The notes under the pieces: model-generated | Seen by the model: the letters and a program-made list of their open reading frames with translations, nothing else | Told to the model about the DNA's origin: nothing | Database searches by the model: none | Position numbers and translations under genes: made by a program | Shown here: piece by piece, positions 55,928-64,000 of the stretch | Layout: each line of letters begins with the position of its first letter | How positions within the stretch are numbered: position 1 is the first letter of the stretch | NCBI GenBank assembly: GCA_020353515.1 | Contig: CP070695.1 | Location: forward strand, 839,369-903,368 | Length of the DNA stretch: 64,000 bases | Source of the DNA: Candidatus Heimdallarchaeota archaeon | GTDB lineage: Archaea; Asgardarchaeota; Heimdallarchaeia; Hodarchaeales; Hodarchaeaceae | Direction of reading: 5' to 3'

Positions 55928-58084
55928 TCATTTTATGGTCTTAATAACTTCGTCGACATCTTTAATGATTTGTTTTACCGATGTAGTAACATTACCAGTA
56001 TTGGTATTGATATTCATTGTAAGAGTTTCAGCAGCAGTATCAATCCCAGTTTCAATCTCCTCGAATTTAATATCAAGATTACGACGTTGATCATCTATTG
56101 TTGCACGTCGAGTCCGATTAGCATCAACAGTTAAATCAAGACTTTGTTGTTGATCGTCAAAGAATCGGGTAAATTTCTCGTGAAGATTATCTCGATATTC
56201 ATTAAGTGTATCTAAGTTTTTATTCAGTTCTTGAGTAGTTGTTGCACGGAATTTCGCAATAGAACTCTTGTGTTCGTCCTCTAATCCTTCAATGAGTTCT
56301 TTGGTGCTTTCTTCACTAGCTTTTACATTTTCATCCAGTTTATGATGAGTTTCTCCAACAATTGATTGAATCGCAGTCATACCATCTTGTTCAATAGCAG
56401 TTATTTGTTTCCTAAGGTCATCAAATGCCGCACTACTCGTCCTTGATACTTCTGATTTCTTTTCTTCGATATATTCACGGTTAGATTCAACATGATCATT
56501 AGCAGCGGGAGAAATACTACTTATTGTCGTAATTAATTCACTTTGTTTTGTACGAAGAGTGTTTCTAATATCAGTGAGTGTTGTTTCGATATTTTTCTCC
56601 TGTCCAGATTGAAGAGTTCGGAATGATTCATTGACTGTTGTCTTTAGCTGATCAAGAGTTCCACTGTTCTTCTCAATAGTTTCACTAACCCGATTTTGAG
56701 TATTATCAAAAAAATTCATTAGTGAAATATCCAAATCATTTCCTGTTTTATTGAGCTTTTCAGTTGTAATCTGTTTATAATTGTCAAGTGAGGAAGAAAT
56801 CGCTCTGAATCGATCGTCCACAGCATTTACTAAACTAGAATAGACATTTTCCCGATCCTTTTCATATTCATCAGAGACTTGAGAGAAAATCCCTGTCAAT
56901 TGTTCTTCTAGTTGTTTCCCAATACCACCAATTTTGTTCAAATTGCTTACAAGAAGTCCATCAAGACTTTCTTTCATTTCATCACGAGCACTGGTTAACC
57001 TAGAAACGAGGGCATCAATTTGATTGAGGATTGAATCTTGAAATTTGGAGAAAGAGAGAGTTATGTTATCAATTTCATTGTAGAGGTTGGTTTTGAGTTG
57101 ATTTTCTAATTCTGACATTAATTTTTCTTGAGATAATTCATTTGATTCCAAAGCTTTCTTAAAAGATGTTCCAGTGGTATCTTTAATTGAGGATATAGCA
57201 TTTAAATGCTCTTGTTGCATTGTTTCCCAATCTACTTTGGATTCAGCTATTTGATTCTCAATTCTAGTTTTCACATCAGCTTTGGCCTTTAAAATTAATT
57301 TTTGAATGGCTTTTTGCATCTCTTCATTAGTAGTTTTCTGACCTGCAAGACTCTCTTCTAGATTGTTCATCACACCGTCAATACTTGCAAGTAAATCCTC
57401 TTTTGCCATCTCCAATCGGCCCACGGAATCACTAACGGTTCCAGCAAAGATAGCATCAACATTTGCTTCCTTAGAATCACTGAGATCTCTAATTTTTGTT
57501 TGAAAATTAGACAGTGATTCGAGAAATGAGGTAGCAATACTGTCAGTCATCTCACGCTGATTAGCGCTTTCACTTTCTACTGTACTGACAATATCCCGCT
57601 GAATCTGCGTTAATTTATTAGAAATAGAAGTTTCAAAATCAGATATTTGACTTCGTTGCCCCGAATAAATATCGCTTAACCCAGTGTTAACTTTTCCAGC
57701 CATTTGAGAGTAGATAGAAGATACATCTCCCTCTTGTTTGGTTGATAGGTCAACTATTGCTTTTAGAAGATTCTGAACACCAGAGCTCACTTCTCCCAAT
57801 AATCCATCTAACCTACTATTTAGTGCATCTTTTTCAGAAACAAGAGTTTTTTTCTTATAATCTTCTAATTCTTTTGCTAAATCATCGATACTACTCATTA
57901 ACGAGTTTATTTCAGAAAGAGTGCTAGATTTAGTCTGATTTAATGAGCTAGTGAAACTTTCTAACGCTTTTTTACTTTCATTTTGAAAATCATGGATTCG
58001 TTGTTGAATTTGAGTATTTTCACTTTCAAGTTTTGCTTTATTATCTTTAATTCGACTGATTTTATCATCCTGTTCAGTACTCAT
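55928..58084 (-). CDS. All-helical coiled-coil protein, 718 aa
   Basis: Continuous amphipathic helices; almost no Pro, no Cys, no globular domain. Confidence 0.75.
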   Translation of the reverse strand: MSTEQDDKISRIKDNKAKLESENTQIQQRIHDFQNESKKALESFTSSLNQTKSSTLSEINSLMSSIDDLAKELEDYKKKTLVSEKDALNSRLDGLLGEVSSGVQNLLKAIVDLSTKQEGDVSSIYSQMAGKVNTGLSDIYSGQRSQISDFETSISNKLTQIQRDIVSTVESESANQREMTDSIATSFLESLSNFQTKIRDLSDSKEANVDAIFAGTVSDSVGRLEMAKEDLLASIDGVMNNLEESLAGQKTTNEEMQKAIQKLILKAKADVKTRIENQIAESKVDWETMQQEHLNAISSIKDTTGTSFKKALESNELSQEKLMSELENQLKTNLYNEIDNITLSFSKFQDSILNQIDALVSRLTSARDEMKESLDGLLVSNLNKIGGIGKQLEEQLTGIFSQVSDEYEKDRENVYSSLVNAVDDRFRAISSSLDNYKQITTEKLNKTGNDLDISLMNFFDNTQNRVSETIEKNSGTLDQLKTTVNESFRTLQSGQEKNIETTLTDIRNTLRTKQSELITTISSISPAANDHVESNREYIEEKKSEVSRTSSAAFDDLRKQITAIEQDGMTAIQSIVGETHHKLDENVKASEESTKELIEGLEDEHKSSIAKFRATTTQELNKNLDTLNEYRDNLHEKFTRFFDDQQQSLDLTVDANRTRRATIDDQRRNLDIKFEEIETGIDTAAETLTMNINTNTGNVTTSVKQIIKDVDEVIKTIK

Positions 58085-58098
58085 GAATTCTCACCCTT

Positions 58099-59829
58099 TT
58101 ATGTGTTAGTTTCTGGTGAGGGTACAGATTTGACTGTTGTACCCGCCAGTAGTGATTTAAAAAACGATGCTTCTGCATCAGAAGTATAAGTTTTTATTGC
58201 TTTATTCACTGCGTCTGTGGCTGAATTAATATCATCTGCTCCTTCGAACAGCTTGAAAGCGTGATAGTAAGATGCACGTGCCAATTCAAATTGCTGCTGT
58301 TTATCGTATTTTTCCGCATTCTGAAGATAGACCATTGCTGCACGCTGAGAGATATCTTTTCGTTTCCGCTCGTTTTTAACAAAACGATAAGCTTCCAAAG
58401 CTTTTCGATAAAGTGCAGTGGAATAAGGAAGCTTTTCTTGGTTGTAAAACTCACGGGCAGTTTCCTCGAAGAACACACCACTTCCCTCTACATCTTTCGC
58501 CATGCGCAAGAAATTACCCGTAAGAATAGCTAAACGATATGCCTCAAAGAACTTTTGAGTTTCGAAAGCACTTTGATAGAGAGATTTTGTACGATTTGGA
58601 ATAGATTTATCTTCTAACTTCTGTTCTGTTGAGTATGATGCCTGTTCCAACCGTTCCAGAACCTTGGGGTTCATTTCAAACCCCATCATCATATCTGCCT
58701 CAAGTACCTGTAATAATAGTCCAGCTTCAGCTTTCAAATCTATGACAGAAAGACCTGAACCTAGTGATGAAAAAGCAGCATAACTTCCAAACTGATAGAA
58801 ATCCCCAATTTTAATAATCAAACCTTTTGCAACTAGAGAATCTCTAGTACTTTTTGGAATCTTAGCTGATTCAAATGCTTCTTGGGGAATAGCATTACGA
58901 GAAGAACCCAACATTAACTGAAGAACCTTATTTTCTTCTTCATCAATTCTATAAACTTCTTGAAGAAAAGCACGAAGGGCAAACGTACGAATAAAAGGTT
59001 GTGCCATCTCCTTTATGGATCTTTCACTTTCGTCTAAGCCTTCTTGTTTAATTTTATCTTCGACCCAACGAACAACATCCACAATAAAAACAAGGCTAAA
59101 TGGTGAACGATCACTCTGCTTTACGAGCTCCTCGCGAAGTTGGCTACTACTTCGTAGAATCCCATGAGCAATTTTTGTAAGAAGAAGTTTTGAATCTGAA
59201 AAATCTAATTTATCTAACGCAAAATGCTCACTAATTTGGACAAGTTCTTTGATTTCATCTAAATTATATTCTTGACAAGTTCCAATAAATAATAATTGTG
59301 GAAATCTGCTTTGTAGAACCTTGAGAAGAGCACATAATCCATCAATGACATATTTTTGTCCGGAATCTAAAATCCGATCAAGGGAGTCCAGAGCAATAAC
59401 AATTGAGGATTTAGGAGGGCGATGGGTTAAGTTGTTAGAGTAACCGCTAATAATGTCAGACATTTTTGATTTTAGTGTAAAAGATTTTATCTCCTCTTCC
59501 TTTGCTTTCTTAAGAAATCCCTTCTTTTCTTCAGTTAAATGAGGAGAGAGGGCTTGATAAATATCACGGAAGAGATTTCGAGTCATTTTTCCACCCATTC
59601 CGATTGGTATGGAAACGAATACCATCATCTCATTTTTAACAATCTCACCAAAAACATTCAGTAAACTAGTTTTACCAATGCCTGGAGATCCAGAAATGAG
59701 AATAAAATTCTCTTTAAGCTTTTCCTTCTTGAAATCAGCTAATATTGATTCAAAGCGTTTCTCGTGGCTTCGTCGTCCCACAACTAAATGGGGCTCACAA
59801 GGTTTCAAAAAATTGTCATAGGAACTCAT
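58099..59829 (-). CDS. P-loop ATPase (AAA_16/STAND-like) with wHTH and C-terminal TPR/SNAP-like repeats
   Basis: VGRRSH, GSPGIGKT, IVIALDSLD, DRSPF (GxP equivalent), LVAKGLI wHTH, repeats YSTALYRKA and ARASYYHA. Confidence 0.8.
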   Translation of the reverse strand: MSSYDNFLKPCEPHLVVGRRSHEKRFESILADFKKEKLKENFILISGSPGIGKTSLLNVFGEIVKNEMMVFVSIPIGMGGKMTRNLFRDIYQALSPHLTEEKKGFLKKAKEEEIKSFTLKSKMSDIISGYSNNLTHRPPKSSIVIALDSLDRILDSGQKYVIDGLCALLKVLQSRFPQLLFIGTCQEYNLDEIKELVQISEHFALDKLDFSDSKLLLTKIAHGILRSSSQLREELVKQSDRSPFSLVFIVDVVRWVEDKIKQEGLDESERSIKEMAQPFIRTFALRAFLQEVYRIDEEENKVLQLMLGSSRNAIPQEAFESAKIPKSTRDSLVAKGLIIKIGDFYQFGSYAAFSSLGSGLSVIDLKAEAGLLLQVLEADMMMGFEMNPKVLERLEQASYSTEQKLEDKSIPNRTKSLYQSAFETQKFFEAYRLAILTGNFLRMAKDVEGSGVFFEETAREFYNQEKLPYSTALYRKALEAYRFVKNERKRKDISQRAAMVYLQNAEKYDKQQQFELARASYYHAFKLFEGADDINSATDAVNKAIKTYTSDAEASFFKSLLAGTTVKSVPSPETNT

Positions 59830-60023
59830 ATGGAATAAACCTCAATTGCAGTAACTAGTTTTTACTATCGTTATAAAAAATTTCACAAAAAAATTCAATA
59901 AAGAATTATATAAGAGATTAATATATAGATATTGGGAAAAAAAGGAATACCGGACACGATCATACGCTCATTAATGTCTTTTTATCCAATTTGTATAGTT
60001 TTTGTGTATCTGGAGAATTTGCA

Positions 60024-62777
60024 ATGAATAAAGGACTTGATAACTCTTATAATCATCCTGGCCTTGAAGAAGAGATTTATGAATGGTGGGAAAAAGAGGG
60101 GTTTTTCCGACCTGAAAAACAAATCGAATTAGGATTAATAGAAAGAGAAAAAAGCCCAAGATTTTGCATAACAATTCCTTTACCCAATGTTACCGGACAA
60201 TTGCATCTTGGGCATGCAGTCACTATATCTCTCGAAGATTTAATGACGCGTTTCGAGCGGATGAAACAAAAAGAAGCATTATTTATTCCTGGTACAGATC
60301 ATGCAGGAATCGCTACTCAAAATGTAGTGGAAAGAGAACTACTAAAACAAGGAATTAATCGAAAAGATCTTGGTCGTGAACAGTTTATAGACAAAGTCTG
60401 GGAGTGGAAGGATAAATACCATGCTCGAATTACAGAACAATCAAAACGAATGGGTATGAGCAGTGATTGGAATAGAGAAAGATTCACTTTAGATTCCATG
60501 TGTACACGAGCAGTTCGGGAAGCATTCTATCGTTTATATACCAAAGGGTTAATCTATCGCGGGGAATATATGATTAATTGGTGCCCTCGATGTGAATCAG
60601 CTATTTCTGATCTTGAAACGGAATCGGAAGAAAAAGCGAGTCACTTATGGTATATTAAGTACCCAATTATGGATGAAGATTGGAAGAAACCTCGGAATAA
60701 GTGGGGAAGTGGAAAGTGGGCTGAAGGAGTATCAGATTTCATTGTAGTAGCAACAACACGACCAGAAACTCTTTTAGGGGATACAGCTGTCGCAATAGCG
60801 GCAAATCACAAAGAATATGGTAAATTTGTAAATACATGGGCTATCCTGCCTGTAAACGCCCGTGAAATACCAATAATTGTAGATGAATATGTGGATCCTG
60901 AATTTGGAACAGGTGCCTTGAAAATTACTCCAGGACATGATCCTAACGACTTTGAGATAGGCCAACGACACAATTTAGAAGTGATTACTATATTAGATGA
61001 AAGTGTTCATCTATTACCTGACTACTCAGGCCCTTATGCTGGTATGACTCGTGAGGAGGGTCGTGAAGCAATAATAAAAGATCTAAAGAAAGAAGGATTA
61101 CTTGAAAAGATTGAACCATACCTCCATCAAGAGCCTCATTGTCAACGTTGTCATACTGTTATTGAACCAAGAGTTTCACTTCAATGGTTCGTAAAAACAA
61201 AACCATTAGCAGAGGCCGCGATGGAAAAAGTACGTCAGAAAGAAACAATAATTATTCCTGAACGAGAAGAAAAAAGATTCTTCCAATGGATGGAAAATAT
61301 TCACGATTGGTGTATAAGTAGACAGCTCTGGTGGGGACATCGAATACCTATTTGGTATTGTGATAATTGTAATAAAGAGATTTGTCCTCTTCCAGATGTT
61401 GAGAAGCTTGATAACTGCCCAAAGTGTGGAAGTGGGAATTTAACACAAGAAAATGATGTGTTAGATACATGGTTTTCAAGTGGATTATGGCCATTCTCCA
61501 CCCTTGGGTGGCCTAATACTGATAATCCTGATTACAAACGATTTTTCCCAACTGATACTCGAGAAACTGGATATGATATCCTTTTCTTTTGGGTAGCGCG
61601 AGAAATGATGCTAGGTATTGAGTTAACAGGGATGGTACCTTATAGAACTGTTTATCTCCATGGTCTTATTAGAGATGAAAGAGGAAGGAAAATCAGTAAA
61701 TCCATGGAAGATGTTGATAAATATGATCCATTACATATCATCTCTGAGCATGGTGCTGATTCATTACGTTATGTTCTAATATCAAACAGTATCCCAGGTT
61801 TAGATACTAACTTAGATCCCCGCCAACTCGATGCAGCTCATCATTTCCTAAATAAAGTTTGGCAATCCACACGCTTCGTCCTTAATAATATCCACGAAGC
61901 TGAAACATTACCACGGCTAGATGAGATTAAATATGAAGACCTTCGGATCCCCGATAGATGGATTCTTTCTCGATTAAATTATCTTGTAAAAACAATAACT
62001 GAATGTATGGAAAATTATGATTATCTAAAGGCGTCCCGAGAAATCAAGAATTTCTATTGGAATGAATTTTGTGATTGGTATATTGAAATCACTAAGATTC
62101 GACTTTATGGTGAGGAAGAAAAAGATAAAATCGTTCCCAAAGTAATTTTACTTCACATTCTAGACACTGCATTCAAATTACTCCATCCTATTGTTCCATT
62201 CGTTACTGAAAAATTGTGGCGAGCTCTACCTAACGGTATTAAGAGTGAACCAGCCTTAATTGTTGCGAAATGGCCTGAATATAACAAGAGTCTTATTGAT
62301 GAAAAACTGGAGGAAGAGTTCCAATTCACTATAGATCTGATTCACGAAATAAGACGAATTAGGGCCGTTTTTAACGTTGGTTTGACACGAAAAATCCCCT
62401 TGCAGATTCAAGCTGATGATAGTATTACATTATTTGAAAATACGAAAGAAGAAATTATAGCATTAGCCAAGATTGATCCGGAAAAATTAACCGTATCATC
62501 TGAATTAGAACAACCAAAACGAGCTGCTCGGGTTGTTATACACGAGATAACAGCATACATACCATTAGAAGAGATCATTAACTTAGAAGAAGAGAAAGAA
62601 AAGGTTAAAAAACGATTGAATAACGTGAAACAGAAGATTCATCAAATAAATGCGAAATTAAGTGGCCCCTTTTCTCAAAAAGCCCCCAAAGACATTATAG
62701 AAAAGGAAAAAGAGAAATTAAATGAATTGGACAGTAAAAAATCCCAGCTAGAAGAGCAATTGGAGATTTTAACATAA
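60024..62777 (+). CDS. valS: Valine--tRNA ligase
   Basis: PNVTGQLHLGH (HIGH), DHAGIATQ, ATTRPET, DWCISRQLWWGH, KISKS (KMSKS), C-terminal coiled-coil arm; ATG 60024 after GGAGA. Confidence 0.96.
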   Translation: MNKGLDNSYNHPGLEEEIYEWWEKEGFFRPEKQIELGLIEREKSPRFCITIPLPNVTGQLHLGHAVTISLEDLMTRFERMKQKEALFIPGTDHAGIATQNVVERELLKQGINRKDLGREQFIDKVWEWKDKYHARITEQSKRMGMSSDWNRERFTLDSMCTRAVREAFYRLYTKGLIYRGEYMINWCPRCESAISDLETESEEKASHLWYIKYPIMDEDWKKPRNKWGSGKWAEGVSDFIVVATTRPETLLGDTAVAIAANHKEYGKFVNTWAILPVNAREIPIIVDEYVDPEFGTGALKITPGHDPNDFEIGQRHNLEVITILDESVHLLPDYSGPYAGMTREEGREAIIKDLKKEGLLEKIEPYLHQEPHCQRCHTVIEPRVSLQWFVKTKPLAEAAMEKVRQKETIIIPEREEKRFFQWMENIHDWCISRQLWWGHRIPIWYCDNCNKEICPLPDVEKLDNCPKCGSGNLTQENDVLDTWFSSGLWPFSTLGWPNTDNPDYKRFFPTDTRETGYDILFFWVAREMMLGIELTGMVPYRTVYLHGLIRDERGRKISKSMEDVDKYDPLHIISEHGADSLRYVLISNSIPGLDTNLDPRQLDAAHHFLNKVWQSTRFVLNNIHEAETLPRLDEIKYEDLRIPDRWILSRLNYLVKTITECMENYDYLKASREIKNFYWNEFCDWYIEITKIRLYGEEEKDKIVPKVILLHILDTAFKLLHPIVPFVTEKLWRALPNGIKSEPALIVAKWPEYNKSLIDEKLEEEFQFTIDLIHEIRRIRAVFNVGLTRKIPLQIQADDSITLFENTKEEIIALAKIDPEKLTVSSELEQPKRAARVVIHEITAYIPLEEIINLEEEKEKVKKRLNNVKQKIHQINAKLSGPFSQKAPKDIIEKEKEKLNELDSKKSQLEEQLEILT

Positions 62778-62790
62778 AATTAATTTTATT

Positions 62791-63564
62791 TTAACTATAC
62801 TGATCTTTAAGTTCAGGAATAACCTCTCTTGCTATTTTCTCGAATACAGGAAGCTGTTCTTTATGATAAGGATAGAGGAAGATGATCTCATTAATTCCTA
62901 CATCTACAAATCGCTTAACCATCTCTCTAAAGTTTTTTTCTGATTTGAGGATGGTCATCAGCCCTCCTTTCCAAGAAACATCAGTTTCCCATTCAAGATA
63001 AGATCGTCGGAGAGAGTTTGGATCACGACCGATTTCCTCACAGTATCTATCTAGGAGTTTATTACGTTTACGAGTCAGCTCCGCGAATTCATCTGTATTA
63101 CTACCAGCAGAAGACCAAGTGTCTGCATAATGGGCTGGATACTTGAGCATAGCATCCCCAAAAGCTGCAATCGTAATAGGTGTTCTGGGTTTCTGAATGG
63201 GACGAGGATTCATGACCGCCTCCTTGAGTTTGTAAAAGCAGCCTTCGTACGTTGTAATCTCATTGCATAATAATTGTTCCACAATCTCTACATATTCACG
63301 GAAACGAGCCACTCTTTCTCTCGGGGGCCAATTAGGAATACCAGTCATTGCATGACCAGGATCACTTGGTAATCCTGTACCAAGACCCAATTCTAACCTA
63401 CCATTCGAAATATGATCTACCGTAAGGGCTTAACGGGCTAAGAAGGCTGGATTCCGCCAGGTAATTGGTGAGACTCCGATCCCAATCCTGATATGGGTAG
63501 TTTTTACAGCTAGAGCTGCGATAAGCGTCCAGCTTTCGAACCACGGACCTTGAGGATTTCCCAT
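62791..63564 (-). pseudogene. LLM (luciferase-like) flavin/F420-dependent oxidoreductase pseudogene
   Basis: PWFESWTLIAALAVKTTHIRIG...RNPAFLAR*ALTVDHISNGRLELGLGTG with in-frame TAA at 63430-63432; the usual N-terminal part is missing. Confidence 0.85.
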
Positions 63565-63809
63565 ATTTTATATCTTGTCGCAAAATTGTTGTTTGAAGAC
63601 GTTTGAAAGAAATGTCATCTATTGTAGATGAAAGAATATTTACATTTAAACTAATCTTAGGCACATTATCTACAAAATATAATATAAATTGAGGAACTAA
63701 AAAAATCATTAGAAGGAGGATAATGAATAATGGAATGTACTTTATGTAAGGACAAATATAAAACATAAAGTATAATCTGTATGATTAGTCTATCTATTGA
63801 TGTGAAGAA

Positions 63810-64000
63810 ATGAATTACAGAGAAATTGCTCCTTCTACCTTTTCAGAACAAATTTTCTCCTTTTTTCTACAGTTATTTTCTCATTATGAGAATGGTGATA
63901 TTGAGGATTATAAGGAATTGTGGACATTTTTCAATAAATTATATCAGGGAGGGTATAACAATTCGATTGGATTCCCTGATTTATTACCTATACAACTAAC
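63810..64000 (+). CDS. Hypothetical protein, 3'-truncated by the window edge
   Basis: ATG 63810; frame stays open to the end (MNYREIAPSTFSEQIFS...). Confidence 0.45.
   Translation, partial: MNYREIAPSTFSEQIFSFFLQLFSHYENGDIEDYKELWTFFNKLYQGGYNNSIGFPDLLPIQL

Noticed and set aside
26-61501. Many 60-160 aa ORFs antisense to or out of frame within long genes (e.g. 26-388, 1390-1692, 2322-2801, 34763-35230, 42210-42548)
   Set aside because: Shadow ORFs of well-supported genes; no motifs or independent start signals.
63430-63432. In-frame stop in the LLM gene as possible recoding (Sec/Pyl)
   Set aside because: The codon is TAA, not TGA or TAG, and the gene is also 5'-truncated; a pseudogene is the simpler explanation.
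63398-63766. 122-aa minus-strand ORF as a real gene
   Set aside because: Its 3' half is an alternate frame of the LLM pseudogene; probably a chimeric junction ORF.
1-64000. tRNA, rRNA, CRISPR array, transposase or integrase
   Set aside because: No cloverleaf/T-loop pattern, regularly spaced repeats or DDE/tyrosine-recombinase motifs seen by eye; tRNAscan-SE, Infernal and CRISPR finders would be decisive.

Overview
AT-rich archaeal chromosomal segment with about 52 protein-coding genes. I found no rRNA, tRNA, CRISPR array, transposase or integrase. The gene content points to an Asgard archaeon, probably Heimdallarchaeia-like (inference): a Rab-like small GTPase, a gelsolin-like miniprotein, large SNAP/TPR-like solenoids, an AN1 zinc finger, a single-OB SSB, giant coiled-coil proteins and BRE/TATA promoters. 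Core metabolic genes include tdh, glgP, pfkA, an M29 aminopeptidase, a C69 peptidase, valS, trxA and a DnaJ-type chaperone. The strongest candidate for an undescribed system is at 16.2-20.1 kb. There, an aldehyde:ferredoxin oxidoreductase (AOR) is fused in frame to a 3-hexulose-6-phosphate synthase (HPS). It is translationally coupled to a MoaD/SAMP protein whose Gly-Gly is masked by a C-terminal extension, and it converges on a tandem-duplicated hexulose-phosphate isomerase (PHI). This looks like a reverse-RuMP pentose module with built-in formaldehyde oxidation. Other highlights: a CDC48-N/vWA fusion; a TrmB-like protein split by about 1300 aa of coiled coil with a central Gly/Lys turn; a P-loop ATPase-TPR gene paired with a coiled-coil gene; a membrane-anchored AN1 finger coupled to a site-2 protease; a hydroxyproline dehydratase (HypD) pair; a 3.5-kb insert flanked by a diverged copy of a regulator's 3' end; several pseudo-enzymes; and an LLM-oxidoreductase pseudogene. 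All assignments come from reading motifs by eye; no database search was run.
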